From positions 7-64,006 of the forward strand of contig JAJCXZ010000051.1 of NCBI GenBank assembly GCA_029263175.1: DNA of 64,000 nucleotides, in the 5' to 3' direction. The notes under the pieces are model-generated. The model saw only the letters and a program-made list of their open reading frames with translations. It was not told the DNA's origin and searched no databases. Made by a program: the position numbers and the translations under genes. This stretch comes from Acidimicrobiales bacterium. Its GTDB lineage: Bacteria; Actinomycetota; Acidimicrobiia; Acidimicrobiales; Aldehydirespiratoraceae. This document shows, in pieces, positions 1 to 9,574 of this stretch (within the stretch, counting starts at the first letter, position 1; each line of letters begins with the position of its first letter).

Positions 1-979
1 TGAGCCCCGCTGTGGCCTCGGCGAGATCAACGCGGACGACCTGGCCATTCTGGAAAGCGACCATCTTGCCGAAGTCACCGTCGGCAATTGCCTGCATCGC
101 CTCGACGCCGTACCAGGTGGAGAGCACACGATCGAACGACGTCGGCGTGCCGCCCCGTTGCACATGCCCGAGGACCGTCACTCGAGTTTCGTAGCCGGTA
201 CGGGCCTCGATCTCGGCAGCGACGACATTGCAGATGCCACCCAGCCGCTTGTGGCCGTATTGATCGACCTCGGGCTCCTTCACCTCGAGGGTGCCCGCCT
301 GGGGAAGCGCTCCTTCGGCCACGACGACGATCGACGCGTACGGCCCCCGCTCGTGGCGACGAGTCAGTGCCTCGCACACCTCTCCGATGTCGAACGGGAC
401 CTCGGGCACCAGAGTTATGGTCGCACCGCCGGCAATGCCCGCCCACGTGGCGATGTGGCCGACGTGGCGCCCCATGACCTCAACCACCATCACTCGGTTG
501 TGAGACTCAGCTGTGGTGTGCAGACGGTCGATCGCGTCCGTGGCGATCTGTACGGCAGTGTCGAAGCCGAACGTGCGCTCGGTGCATCCGATGTCGTTGT
601 CGATTGTCTTCGGCACGCCGACGAGTGGAATGCCTTCCTCATACACACGACTCGCAGCGGAGAGGGTCCCTTCGCCGCCGATCACGACGAGTGCCTCGAC
701 CTCATGCTTTGCGATCGTGGCCCGCACCCGATCCATGCCGTCGGGGTACATGAAGGGCTGGTACCGACTCGTGCCGATGATGGTGCCACCGCGGGGGAGA
801 ATTCCTCGGCAGTTGGAGACCGTCAACTCCATCGTGCGATCGTCGAGCAGCCCGCTCCAACCATCCATGAAGCCGATGACCTGGCTGCCGAGCTCTCGCT
901 CGGCCTTGCGTACGACCGCCCGGATGACCGCATTGAGGCCGGGACAGTCGCCCCCGCCAGTGAGAACACCAACTCGCAT
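1..979 (-). CDS. pfkA: 6-phosphofructokinase (PfkA family); 3' end runs off the window start
   Basis: Absent from the ORF track because it has no in-window stop. My reverse-complement translation from ATG 979-977 gives MRVGVLTGGGDCPGLNAVIRAVVRKAERELGSQVIGFMDGWSGLLD..., the canonical PFK N-terminus. The frame stays open to position 1. Confidence 0.85.
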   Translation of the reverse strand, partial: MRVGVLTGGGDCPGLNAVIRAVVRKAERELGSQVIGFMDGWSGLLDDRTMELTVSNCRGILPRGGTIIGTSRYQPFMYPDGMDRVRATIAKHEVEALVVIGGEGTLSAASRVYEEGIPLVGVPKTIDNDIGCTERTFGFDTAVQIATDAIDRLHTTAESHNRVMVVEVMGRHVGHIATWAGIAGGATITLVPEVPFDIGEVCEALTRRHERGPYASIVVVAEGALPQAGTLEVKEPEVDQYGHKRLGGICNVVAAEIEARTGYETRVTVLGHVQRGGTPTSFDRVLSTWYGVEAMQAIADGDFGKMVAFQNGQVVRVDLAEATAGL

Positions 980-1032
980 CAATTCGCTCCAACTGAGTTC
1001 GCTCCGAACCCTACCGACCATGCGGGAAGTGG

Positions 1033-2535
1033 ATGCCGCTACAGTCCCGATTCGTGGGAATTGTGATCGCCATCGATGCCGGCACGACCGGTGTGCGCTC
1101 GTTTGCCGTCGACGAAGCAGGTACTCCTCTCGGGTTCGCCTACAGGGAGTTCGCCCAGCACTTTCCGCGACCGGGGTGGGTCGAGCACGACGCCAACGAG
1201 ATCTGGCAGGCCGTTGTCGCCACTCTCGCAGAGTTGACCACGGCCGTCTCGCAGCCGGTGGCGGCCATCGGCATCACCGACCAGCGCGAGACCGTCGTGT
1301 TGTGGGACAAGCGCACGGGCGAACCACGCCACCGGGCAATCGTGTGGCAGGACCGCCGCACCGCGGCTCGCTGCGAAGGGCTCGAGCAGGACGGCCATCT
1401 TCCGCTGATTCGCAAGACCACTGGCCTGGTACTCGATCCGTACTTCTCCGGCACCAAGATCGAATGGCTTCTGCACGAGGGTGGCGTCGTGGCCGACGAG
1501 CACCTGGCGTTCGGCACGGTCGACTCCTGGCTTGTCTGGAAACTCACGGGCGGCGCCCACCTCACGGACGCAACCAACGCAAGCCGCACCCTGATCTACG
1601 ACATCCGAAACGGTTGCTGGAGCGAAGAGATCTGTGCGCTGCTCGGCGTGCCGATGGCGGCGCTGCCCGAGGTACGCCCGTCGTCGGGCCGCTTTGGTGT
1701 CACAACTGCGGATCTACCCGTCGGCGCGGGTATCCCGGTGAGTGGGATCGCCGGCGATCAGCAGGCCGCTCTCTTCGGGCAGGCCTGCTTCGAGCCCGGC
1801 CAGGCCAAGAACACCTACGGCACAGGATCGTTTGTGCTCATGAACGTCGGCACTACGTGCCCGGAGCCGGTCGAGGGCCTCCTGACCACCATCGCCTGGG
1901 ATCTCGACAGTCCCGACGGGGTGGAGACCACCTACGCCTACGAAGGCGCAATCTTTGTCACCGGTGCGGCCATCCAGTGGCTGCGCGATGGACTGGGGCT
2001 CATCAGCGATGCCGCCGAGACCGAGCCGTTGGCCGCTTCCGTCGCCGACAGCGGTGGCGTGGTCTTTGTGCCCGCTCTCGCCGGGCTCGGCAGCCCCTAC
2101 TGGGACCCGAGGGCTCGGGGCACGATCGTCGGCCTCACGAGAGGCACCGGCCGCGCCGAGCTCGCCCGGGCCACCGTGGAGGCGATGGCCTTCCAGACCC
2201 GTGATGTTGTCGACGCCATGGCCGGCGCGAGCGGCACCGGAGTCACTGATCTACGGGTCGACGGCGGAGCGTCGGTTATGGACCTGCTGCTTCAGATTCA
2301 GGCCGATCAGCTCGATGTGCCGGTCATCCGCTCTGCAGTCGCGGAGACCACCGCCCTGGGAGCGGCCTACCTCGCCGGTCTTGCCGAGGGAGTCTGGGAC
2401 TCCCCCGCTGATGTGGTCGCCAACTGGTCCGCCGACGCCACGTTCACACCGACCGGAGATCGCTCAGTGGTCGAGCGAGACTACGCCCGCTGGCAGCGAG
2501 CGGTCGAGCGCAGCCGCGACTGGGAGCAGGACTAG
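1033..2535 (+). CDS. glpK: glycerol kinase (FGGY family)
   Basis: 500-aa ORF with AIDAGTTGVRSF, ITDQRETVVLWDKRTGEP, FGTVDSWLVWKLTGG and GDQQAALFGQ..KNTYGTGSF motifs. The start could instead be GTG 1054. Confidence 0.95.
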   Translation: MPLQSRFVGIVIAIDAGTTGVRSFAVDEAGTPLGFAYREFAQHFPRPGWVEHDANEIWQAVVATLAELTTAVSQPVAAIGITDQRETVVLWDKRTGEPRHRAIVWQDRRTAARCEGLEQDGHLPLIRKTTGLVLDPYFSGTKIEWLLHEGGVVADEHLAFGTVDSWLVWKLTGGAHLTDATNASRTLIYDIRNGCWSEEICALLGVPMAALPEVRPSSGRFGVTTADLPVGAGIPVSGIAGDQQAALFGQACFEPGQAKNTYGTGSFVLMNVGTTCPEPVEGLLTTIAWDLDSPDGVETTYAYEGAIFVTGAAIQWLRDGLGLISDAAETEPLAASVADSGGVVFVPALAGLGSPYWDPRARGTIVGLTRGTGRAELARATVEAMAFQTRDVVDAMAGASGTGVTDLRVDGGASVMDLLLQIQADQLDVPVIRSAVAETTALGAAYLAGLAEGVWDSPADVVANWSADATFTPTGDRSVVERDYARWQRAVERSRDWEQD

Positions 2536-3710
2536 CCCAGTCGATCGAGGCTGCCGCGCAGGTTGCGGACGGCCTGGTTGATGCGCTGCTCATTCTCGAT
2601 CAGAGCGAAGCGCACATGACCTTCCCCGCCGGGGCCGAAACCCACGCCGGGGGACAGCGCCACGTTGGCTTCCTTCACGAGCTTCGACGCGAACTCGACC
2701 GAACCCATCTCGCGGTACTGCTCTGGGATGGGCGCCCAGGTGAACATGGTGCCCTTGGGCGGCTCGACATCCCAGCCGATTCGGGCGAGACCTTCGATCA
2801 GCGTGTCGCGCCGGCTCTCGTAGACCGCACAAGCAACCTGTGGATAGTCGGGCGCTTCGTTCATCGTCACCGTGGCCGCGATCTGAATGGGTTGGAACGT
2901 GCCGTAGTCGAGGTACGACTTGAGCTTGGCGAGTGCTCCGATGACCTCGTGATTGCCGACCATGAACGCGACCCTCCAGCCGGCCATCGAGAACGACTTC
3001 GTCATGGAGTACAGCTCGACAGCGACTTCCTTCGCTCCCTCCGCTTCGAGGATCGACGGCGGCCGATAGCCGTCGAAGCCGAGGTCGGCGTAGGCGAAAT
3101 CGTGGACCAGGATGACCTCCTTCTCCCGGGCGAAGTCCACGACTCGCTGCATGAAGTCGGCATCGACACACGTGGTGGTCGGATTGTGCGGGAACGACAG
3201 GACGATCACGCGGGGCCGCGGCCAGGAGTATTCGAAGCGTTCGGTCAACGTGTCGAAGAAGTCGTCCTGGTTCGACGTCAGAGGCATCTCGCGGACGTTG
3301 GCGCCGGCGAAGAGTGGGGCGAAGAGGTGGATCGGGTACGACGGCGCCGGCACGAGCACGGAATCGCCGGCTTGGAGCAGGACCCACATCAGATGGCTGA
3401 AACCCTCTTTGGCCCCAATGGTATTGATCACCTCGGTGTCGGGGTCGAGCGAGACGCCAAAGCGACGCTGGTAGAGATCGGCCATCGCCTCGCGCAGCTT
3501 CGGCAGGCCGCGGCTCGCCGAGTAGCGGTGGTTGCGCGGCATCTGCGCCGCCTCCACGAGCTTCTCGACCGCCACATCCGGCGATGGAAGATCCGGGTTG
3601 CCGAAACCGAGGTCGATCACGTCCTCGCCTGCTCGCCGCGCCTCCACCTTGAGCGTGTCGATGATGGTGAAGACGTAGGGCGGGAGCCCGGTGATCCGAC
3701 GGAATTCCAT
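2532..3710 (-). CDS. PLP-dependent aminotransferase, class I/II (alanine/aspartate aminotransferase-like)
   Basis: 392-aa ORF with IDLGFGNPD, NHRYSASRGLPKLREA and SMTKSFSMAGWRVAF (PLP-lysine context). Confidence 0.9.
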   Translation of the reverse strand: MEFRRITGLPPYVFTIIDTLKVEARRAGEDVIDLGFGNPDLPSPDVAVEKLVEAAQMPRNHRYSASRGLPKLREAMADLYQRRFGVSLDPDTEVINTIGAKEGFSHLMWVLLQAGDSVLVPAPSYPIHLFAPLFAGANVREMPLTSNQDDFFDTLTERFEYSWPRPRVIVLSFPHNPTTTCVDADFMQRVVDFAREKEVILVHDFAYADLGFDGYRPPSILEAEGAKEVAVELYSMTKSFSMAGWRVAFMVGNHEVIGALAKLKSYLDYGTFQPIQIAATVTMNEAPDYPQVACAVYESRRDTLIEGLARIGWDVEPPKGTMFTWAPIPEQYREMGSVEFASKLVKEANVALSPGVGFGPGGEGHVRFALIENEQRINQAVRNLRGSLDRLG

Positions 3711-3723
3711 CCGTCGAGGCTAC

Positions 3724-5700
3724 TCAGGCGGAAGCGTGAACCCGGGCGAGTTTCGCCGTCCCATATGGCTGATCAGCCACCCATTCGGCGAGACCGGGAG
3801 TATCACCGACCACGATGATCTGGACATCCTCGGGGAGTTCACTGAGACCGTCGAGCGCGCTTGCCTCGGCATCCCCCATGAGAACGACAAGCGGCACGGT
3901 ACCGGCCTTGCCCCGTGGAAGCCGGGCCGCAACAGCCTCGATTCCGCAGGGTCCGCCGGTGACCTTGTTCATGCGGTGCTCGGCCAATCGTTCGAGCACC
4001 TTCGCTCCGTCACGGAGTTCGAGCTTGGCGTCGTGCTCCTCGGCAACTGCGAGCTCGGTCGCCGCGAGCATGTGGAGTTCGAGCTGGGTGCGATTGATCT
4101 CGATGAGAGACTCGCGGTTCGTGGCCACGACCTCCTCGGCCTCGTACATGGCGGCTCGTTCGGCATCGAGTCGGTCGCGGCGCGAGCCACTCCCAAGGAG
4201 GATCAGCTCCTCGAGCTCAGCGGCAGCCCGTTCACGATCGCGAAGGATGCGTACGGCCGCGGCATCAGCACTCCCGAGCACATGCAGCCAGGTGTCAGCG
4301 AGGGCAATGAGGCCGATGTCAGAGGTGAGATCCTGATGACCAACCGAGCCACACGCGTCGAGAACGGAGCGGAGGTGAGCCAGTGCATCGGTCGACTCGA
4401 CGCCAACGGTGCCGGCGTCGACCTCGTGGTGACGAAGCGAGTCAGCGAGGATCTCTGGATCCTCAGAGTCCAGACCTTCGTACGGATCCGCGCCGAGAAT
4501 CTCGATCGCCTGATCGAGGGCGGAGTCGATGGCGTCGAGAACCGTCTGAAGGTCGGTGTCGCGCTCGAGGCGGGCCATCAGCTCAGCCCATTCAGTTTCG
4601 GCCGCATCCCACTCGGCTCTGGTCCGGTCGTATTCGACGACCCGATCGGCTGCCACCGATGCAAGTCCGTTTCCCATACGGAACGCGGCCCACGTGGGAT
4701 AACCGATCTCGTCCAAGGCGGCGTTCAGCGCGGCGCGGGCTTCCTCGAACTCCCTTCGAGCCGTGTTGCGCCGAATGGAACGGCCGACGCGGCCCTCCAT
4801 GTCGATCACACGCTCGTGCAGCGCTTCCAATTGGTCACTCTGCTCGGCTCGCACTTCGAGCGGCACCGCGGCGTCTTCGGCGGCACGAGCCGCGGCGCGG
4901 GCTGCTTCCAGGCGGGCGGCCACCGCTTCGGTTCCACCACCGGCAGCTTCCATTCGGGATTCGAGGCCAACGAGCCGCTGGTGCAACGACATCCATGCTT
5001 CGGCCAGCGCTGCGGCTTCGGGGAGCACAACAGGCCCGGTGCTCAGCGCGGCGCGCGCCGAGGCAAGGGCCGCGGCCAGCACAGGGCGGTCGCCGCTGGG
5101 GAGCGCCTCCAGTTGCTCGTCGATCGTTTCCAACAACACCTCGAGGCTCGCGTAGCGTTCGGGGACTGCGTTGGCGCCTGTCCATGGATCGGGTCGTCCG
5201 GCGGCACGAGCGGCACGACCGAGGTTGCCATCGGCCAGATCGAGACGGCGGCCGGCGTCGGGTTCGATGCGGGCTCGTGCGGCAGCCAACCGGGCGCCCA
5301 TTTCGGACCGCAAGGCGCTCGCGGCGTTCAGTTCTTCGGCGAGGGCGGCGATGTCGACGTCGATCGCTTCGCTCGCCACAACGGCCTCCCGGTAGGCCTC
5401 GACCTCGCACTCGCCGATTGTGCCCGGTTCGGCTGCGATGTCGACGAGCGCTCGAGCTTCGACGATCAGCGCCGAGTCTGCGATCGAGCCGACGAGGTCG
5501 ATTGCTCGATCGATCTGCATGTGGACGCCGTGGATCTCCACGGTTCCGCCCCACCCGAAATCTTCACCAGTGGCGATCGAATGGGCAAAACCGACCAACT
5601 CGACCCGCGCCGCAGCATTGAGTCCGCCCAGCACGGTGATCCGTGGGTGCAGGCTGAAACCCTCCCGCTCGGGGTCGGGCCGAAGTTCGATGAATCGCAT
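3724..5700 (-). CDS. SMC/RecF-like coiled-coil protein with degenerate ATPase motifs (hypothetical)
   Basis: 658-aa Ala/Glu/Arg-rich ORF. The N-terminus MRFIELRPDPEREGFSLHPRITVLGGLNAAARVELV mimics an SMC head but has no GxxGxGKS. The C-terminus has VTGGPCG...PLVVLMGDAEASALD where the signature and Walker B motifs would sit. Confidence 0.7.
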   Translation of the reverse strand: MRFIELRPDPEREGFSLHPRITVLGGLNAAARVELVGFAHSIATGEDFGWGGTVEIHGVHMQIDRAIDLVGSIADSALIVEARALVDIAAEPGTIGECEVEAYREAVVASEAIDVDIAALAEELNAASALRSEMGARLAAARARIEPDAGRRLDLADGNLGRAARAAGRPDPWTGANAVPERYASLEVLLETIDEQLEALPSGDRPVLAAALASARAALSTGPVVLPEAAALAEAWMSLHQRLVGLESRMEAAGGGTEAVAARLEAARAAARAAEDAAVPLEVRAEQSDQLEALHERVIDMEGRVGRSIRRNTARREFEEARAALNAALDEIGYPTWAAFRMGNGLASVAADRVVEYDRTRAEWDAAETEWAELMARLERDTDLQTVLDAIDSALDQAIEILGADPYEGLDSEDPEILADSLRHHEVDAGTVGVESTDALAHLRSVLDACGSVGHQDLTSDIGLIALADTWLHVLGSADAAAVRILRDRERAAAELEELILLGSGSRRDRLDAERAAMYEAEEVVATNRESLIEINRTQLELHMLAATELAVAEEHDAKLELRDGAKVLERLAEHRMNKVTGGPCGIEAVAARLPRGKAGTVPLVVLMGDAEASALDGLSELPEDVQIIVVGDTPGLAEWVADQPYGTAKLARVHASA

Positions 5701-5748
5701 CGACGTCCCATCGGCACTCGGGGAGGGTGAATCAAGCGCCGGGGCCGC

Positions 5749-5988
5749 CTATTTGTCACAGAGATCCGACGCCTCTTCTTCGGTGTCAGGGGTCGTGGCG
5801 CCGGTACCGAACAGGTTCTCGACAGTGGACCGACCGCGGTCGATCACGGTGGCGAACGATTCGGGGTCGTCAACGACGTCGCGGGCGGCCTCGACAAGAT
5901 CGGCGAGTGCTGCGACGACCTCGCCGGCGGCCTGGCGGACCGCAGCGAGAGGATCGACGTCGGGATCCGGCGCCGATGACTCGATCAT
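5749..5988 (-). CDS. small acidic hypothetical protein (79 aa)
   Basis: The ORF start overlaps the stop of the upstream SRPBCC gene by 4 nt (ATGA coupling). No recognisable domain. Confidence 0.5.
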   Translation of the reverse strand: MIESSAPDPDVDPLAAVRQAAGEVVAALADLVEAARDVVDDPESFATVIDRGRSTVENLFGTGATTPDTEEEASDLCDK

Positions 5989-6452
5989 CCGCTCGTGCCC
6001 TCCACGAACCGGGTGAAATCATCGAGGGCGGTATGCATGATGCGAGCCTCGGCTCGGCGCTTCACGAACCCCGGCAGCGGGACGGAGAGGTCAACGGCCA
6101 GTTGGTAGACGACTTCGGTCGAGCCGGAGTCGGAAGCCACAGGAAGGAACTCGTATTCGCCGTCGAGGCGGCGGGTGATGTCGCCGCGCTGGAGGCGCCA
6201 CGCGAGGCGGCGCGGATTCGATCCGTAGAAATAGCGAAGTGTGTAGGTCGTCGAGCGGCCCATGGCGGCAGCACGGAACTCGACATCGACCGCTCGACCC
6301 TCATCGTCGCGCGACAGAACGCGTGCCATCTTGATGTCGGAGGCCCAATCGGGGTACCGCTCGAAGTCGATGGCGGCGGCGTAGCACTCGTCGGGCGATG
6401 CTGAGATCGTGGTGCGCTCGGTGGCCTGATCAACCATGTCGCCTCGTTCCAT
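5985..6452 (-). CDS. SRPBCC-family protein (polyketide cyclase/dehydrase-like)
   Basis: 155-aa ORF. Its size and pattern (ISASPDECYAAAIDFERYPDW..., ...YQLAVDLSVPLPGFVKRRAE) are typical of cyclase/dehydrase SRPBCC proteins. Confidence 0.8.
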   Translation of the reverse strand: MERGDMVDQATERTTISASPDECYAAAIDFERYPDWASDIKMARVLSRDDEGRAVDVEFRAAAMGRSTTYTLRYFYGSNPRRLAWRLQRGDITRRLDGEYEFLPVASDSGSTEVVYQLAVDLSVPLPGFVKRRAEARIMHTALDDFTRFVEGTSG

Positions 6453-6511
6453 TGTGGTTGCGGGAGGACACTAACAAGTCCGACCTTAACAACGCCGGAA
6501 CCCCTCCCGGC

Positions 6512-6955
6512 TCACCGTTTCGGGTCGGGTGCCCGCTCTGGGAACTGTCCGTGGCGAGCGGTCCACAGCCCCATCAGGCCAAGGCCGAAGACCGGCACCA
6601 GGGTGCCGAACGCGACAACTGTGAACGGGCGAATCGACGCTGTCGTGAGACCCACGATCAGCTGAATGGCGGTGGCGCCCAAGAGATGCCATCGGACGAC
6701 TCGTGGCGCGCTGCCGGCACCGAAATACAGCCCTCCGACGGCAATCGTCTGGGTTCGACTGCGCTCGACGGCGGCCAGGAACGCCAGGAACATCGCCACG
6801 ACGCCGGCAGCGAAGAGCAGAAGCGAGACGATGACTCCGGGCCATCCCAGGCCGTCGGGATCAGCAGTGGCGATTGCGGCGGTGACAATGAAGATGATCG
6901 TGCCGACCCAACAAGCACGGATCAGCGCGCCACCCGTTTCAGGAATCAGGCTCAT
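6512..6955 (-). CDS. hypothetical integral membrane protein
   Basis: 147-aa ORF with about four hydrophobic helices. Its start overlaps the stop of the upstream GT4 gene (6952-6955). Confidence 0.7.
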   Translation of the reverse strand: MSLIPETGGALIRACWVGTIIFIVTAAIATADPDGLGWPGVIVSLLLFAAGVVAMFLAFLAAVERSRTQTIAVGGLYFGAGSAPRVVRWHLLGATAIQLIVGLTTASIRPFTVVAFGTLVPVFGLGLMGLWTARHGQFPERAPDPKR

Positions 6956-8082
6956 TGGCCGGCCATTTCGTCGATGGATCCTTGCAGGCGGCGGGCGAGC
7001 ACGTCGTAGCTGAACTCCAACTCTGCCCGGCGGCGGGCGGCGACGCCCATGGCGGCACGACGTTCGGGGTCGGCGAGCAGATCACCGATCGCCGTCGCGG
7101 CGGCAACGTGGTCGTCGGGGTCGTCGACGATCAAGCCGGTCTCGTCGTGGGTGACGGCCTCATGCGCGCCGCCGCTTCGCCCGGCGACCTGGGCGACGCC
7201 ACACGACGCGGCTTCGACGAACACGATGCCGAAGCCTTCCTGCTCGAGCCCGCCCCACCGGCTGCGGCACAGCATCGAGAACACATCGGCACTGCCATAC
7301 AGGTCGGGCATGTCGTCGTCGCTGACCCGGCCGAGAAGCGTGACCGGCGCGTCGAGGTCGTCGATCAGCTTGCGCAGCTCGCCCTCGTGACGTCCGGTGC
7401 CCGCAATGGCGAATTGCACATCGGGTTGGCGACGCTGCACCTGCACCGAGGCACGGATGAGAGTGTCCATGCCCTTGCGAGGCACCAGGCGCGAGACGGA
7501 CAACACCAGCGGAGCATCCACATCAAGGCCGAGCCGGGACCGAATCGCACGGCGAGCAGCGGAGTCGACGGGTCGAAAACGCTCGGTGTCGACGCCCGGC
7601 GGGATGATTGTGGTCGGCAGCGAGCGGCCAAGCGATCGCTCACCCTCACGGGCGGCATAGCCCCCGGCCGCGATGACGCCCACCGCGCCCCGCAACACGT
7701 GGTTGAGCAGTTGGCGGGTAACGGGTATCCGCCCGGGGATCGTGACCTCGGCGCCATGAAGCACCACGGCATACGGAAGATCGAGGTGCGGGCCGATCAG
7801 ACCGGCGGGCACCGCCGGGTCGATGATCACCAACTCGACCTCGTGCTCCCGCGCCAGCCTGTTCACCCGTCGGGCAAGGAGCGGCTGGGGCAGCAACCAT
7901 GGTTCGCGGCTGCGGATGATCGTGTAGTCCTGGGCTGCGTCCCACTCATCGGTACCCGAGTATGGGGTCGTGTGCACCACGACCTCGTCGGGCGGCAGGC
8001 GTCGCCACAGCTCCCACAGATAGTTCTGGATGCCGCCGATCTTGGGCGGAAAGTCGTTGGTGACCAGAAGGTGACGAGCCAT
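6952..8082 (-). CDS. glycosyltransferase family 4 (PimB-like mannosyltransferase type)
   Basis: The ORF track gives 6952..8187. I place the start at ATG 8082 (MARHLLVTNDFPPKIGGIQNYLWEL), because the upstream 35 aa are Arg/Pro-rich and look non-coding. The C-terminus has the GT4 EQEGFGIVFVEAASCG motif. Confidence 0.88.
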   Translation of the reverse strand: MARHLLVTNDFPPKIGGIQNYLWELWRRLPPDEVVVHTTPYSGTDEWDAAQDYTIIRSREPWLLPQPLLARRVNRLAREHEVELVIIDPAVPAGLIGPHLDLPYAVVLHGAEVTIPGRIPVTRQLLNHVLRGAVGVIAAGGYAAREGERSLGRSLPTTIIPPGVDTERFRPVDSAARRAIRSRLGLDVDAPLVLSVSRLVPRKGMDTLIRASVQVQRRQPDVQFAIAGTGRHEGELRKLIDDLDAPVTLLGRVSDDDMPDLYGSADVFSMLCRSRWGGLEQEGFGIVFVEAASCGVAQVAGRSGGAHEAVTHDETGLIVDDPDDHVAAATAIGDLLADPERRAAMGVAARRRAELEFSYDVLARRLQGSIDEMAGQ

Positions 8083-8093
8083 CGGCGACGACC

Positions 8094-9185
8094 CTAGGGG
8101 CGGGCGAGCTCGACGAGGACGTCGTGGTCGGTGTCTTCGGCGACGAGGGACAACAGATCTGTGAGCCCGAGCGAACGTGCAGCCCACACCGCGTGGGCTC
8201 GCACCATCCCGGAGGCGTGCCCCAGATGAGCCTCGACGACAGCCCGGGTTCGCGGTGTCGCCGGCTCATCTCCGACGTTGGCGAGGGCAAGCAAGGCATT
8301 GCGACGCAGATAGTCCGGGTCGCGTCGTGGGATGTACCACCGGCCGTAGCGGTCAAGAATCTCGGAGTCGTCGACCTCGAGCAGATCGAGCAACTGCACC
8401 CACGCCCCTTCGGCGCCTGCGTCGGATGGCCGCCGTTGACGAATCTGGTTCGGCGGGCAGACGTCCTGACACTCATCGCAGCCGTAGACGCGGTCGCCGA
8501 GCGCCACTCGATATTCCAGCGGGAACATACCCTCGTCCTGCACCAGCCAGGCCAGGCAGCGTCGTGCATCGATCACGCCGGGCGCGACGATTGCCCCTGT
8601 CGGGCACCCGTCGAGACACTTCGTGCAGCTCGAACACCCGTCAGCGACGAGAGGCGCTTCGGTCAGCTCGATCGGAGCATCGGTCAACACCGAGCCGAGT
8701 ACCACGAGGCTCCCCACGCCGGGGACAAGGATGTTCGTGCTCTTCCCCCACCAGCCGATCCCGGCTCGATGCGCGGCACCTCTGTCGACGAGATGATTCT
8801 GGTCGGCCAACACGACTGCCTGGTAGCCCTCGGCCCGCAACGGTTTGGCAATCTCCTCGAGGGCAGCACGAAGTGTGGCGTAGTGGTCCTCCCAGGAATA
8901 CGCCGCCACTCGGCCGACCGGCTGGCCGACGGGACGTTCCGGACGCTCCCGCTGATAGTCGAAGGCACCGACGATCAGACGTCGGCCGCTCGGGAGGGTG
9001 CGCCCCGGATCAGTGGATCGAGCAGGATTGCGGTACGTGAACTGCATCCCGGCGTGGAGGCCCTGGTCACGACGGGACTCGATCGTGGCTTGGATCTCAG
9101 GGAACGGATCGGCCGCGCAGACGCCTACCGCGCACAGCCCGGCGCGTAGCCCGAGCGCTCGGAGGTCCTCAACCGATGCAACCAC
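8094..9185 (-). CDS. queG: tRNA epoxyqueuosine(34) reductase
   Basis: 363-aa ORF with a GTG start. It has 4Fe-4S motifs CSSCTKCLDGCPTGAI and YGCDECQDVCPPN and a HEAT-like C-terminus. Confidence 0.88.
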   Translation of the reverse strand: MVASVEDLRALGLRAGLCAVGVCAADPFPEIQATIESRRDQGLHAGMQFTYRNPARSTDPGRTLPSGRRLIVGAFDYQRERPERPVGQPVGRVAAYSWEDHYATLRAALEEIAKPLRAEGYQAVVLADQNHLVDRGAAHRAGIGWWGKSTNILVPGVGSLVVLGSVLTDAPIELTEAPLVADGCSSCTKCLDGCPTGAIVAPGVIDARRCLAWLVQDEGMFPLEYRVALGDRVYGCDECQDVCPPNQIRQRRPSDAGAEGAWVQLLDLLEVDDSEILDRYGRWYIPRRDPDYLRRNALLALANVGDEPATPRTRAVVEAHLGHASGMVRAHAVWAARSLGLTDLLSLVAEDTDHDVLVELARP

Positions 9186-9224
9186 CCTGTCATGATGCGC
9201 ATCTCGCTCACCAGAACGGCGGAT

Positions 9225-9470
9225 TCAACTGACATCGCGGCTCCGGAACCGGGACGGTGGCACCAGTCCGGCATCGGCCAGCAGCTCGATGGCGTGGCGT
9301 TCATCGTCGTCGAACACGACCGGTGTGCCCGGTTCGCGTTCGATCAGATAGCTCACGACGCAGTCATCGCAAGCATCGGTGAACTGAGCAACACACGCCT
9401 CGCAGTCGATGGTGAGGGCGAGGTTGTCGACCGGCTCAGCGACGAGGCGGAGGTGGGAAGATCGTGCCAT
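9225..9470 (-). CDS. small Cys-containing hypothetical protein (81 aa)
   Basis: ORF with a CEAC...CDDC pair of CxxC motifs. No assigned family. Confidence 0.5.
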   Translation of the reverse strand: MARSSHLRLVAEPVDNLALTIDCEACVAQFTDACDDCVVSYLIEREPGTPVVFDDDERHAIELLADAGLVPPSRFRSRDVS

Positions 9471-9547
9471 GGATCAGACCCTACGAAGGGGGTGTGACAC
9501 CGTCGGGGCGACGCGGCTTGGGTACAGCGCTATCGCCGGTTGTGGCC

Positions 9548-9574
9548 TCGACATACAGAGCTTCGACATACAGT
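9548..9574 (+). promoter_or_regulatory. tandem 11-nt direct repeat TCGACATACAG (x2, 15-nt period) containing a TANNNT -10-like box
   Basis: The repeat sits at 9548-9558 and 9563-9573. TACAGT at 9569-9574 lies 7 nt upstream of ATG 9582, the spacing expected for a leaderless transcript. Confidence 0.3.

Noticed and set aside
951-979. Apparent 1-nt frameshift at the 5' end of pfkA
   Set aside because: This was my own transcription slip while reverse-complementing. Re-reading the sequence and cross-checking against track ORF 702..992 shows ATG 979 reads straight into MRVGVLTGGGDCPGLN. The gene is intact at its 5' end.
983-1005. Direct repeat TTCGCTCC (x2, 15-nt period) in the 53-bp pfkA-glpK divergent spacer
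   Set aside because: An 8-mer repeated once is too short to distinguish from chance. I noted it but did not call it a site.
513-2204. Very long Arg/Pro/Gly/Ser-rich ORFs out of frame with or antisense to real genes (also 3691..5730, 27280..27879, 37226..38455, 50042..51235, 52130..53209, 56768..57820, 59880..61049 and many shorter ones)
   Set aside because: These are typical high-GC shadow ORFs. Each overlaps a gene with clear family motifs in another frame or strand, and none has a recognisable domain. Their composition (runs of R, P, G, A) is what off-frame translation of GC-rich coding DNA produces.
2532-2535. Convergent genes sharing palindromic stop codons (CTAG at 2532-2535; TGATCA at 12572-12577)
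   Set aside because: This is a consequence of tight packing and palindromic stop sequences. There is no evidence of function beyond compaction.
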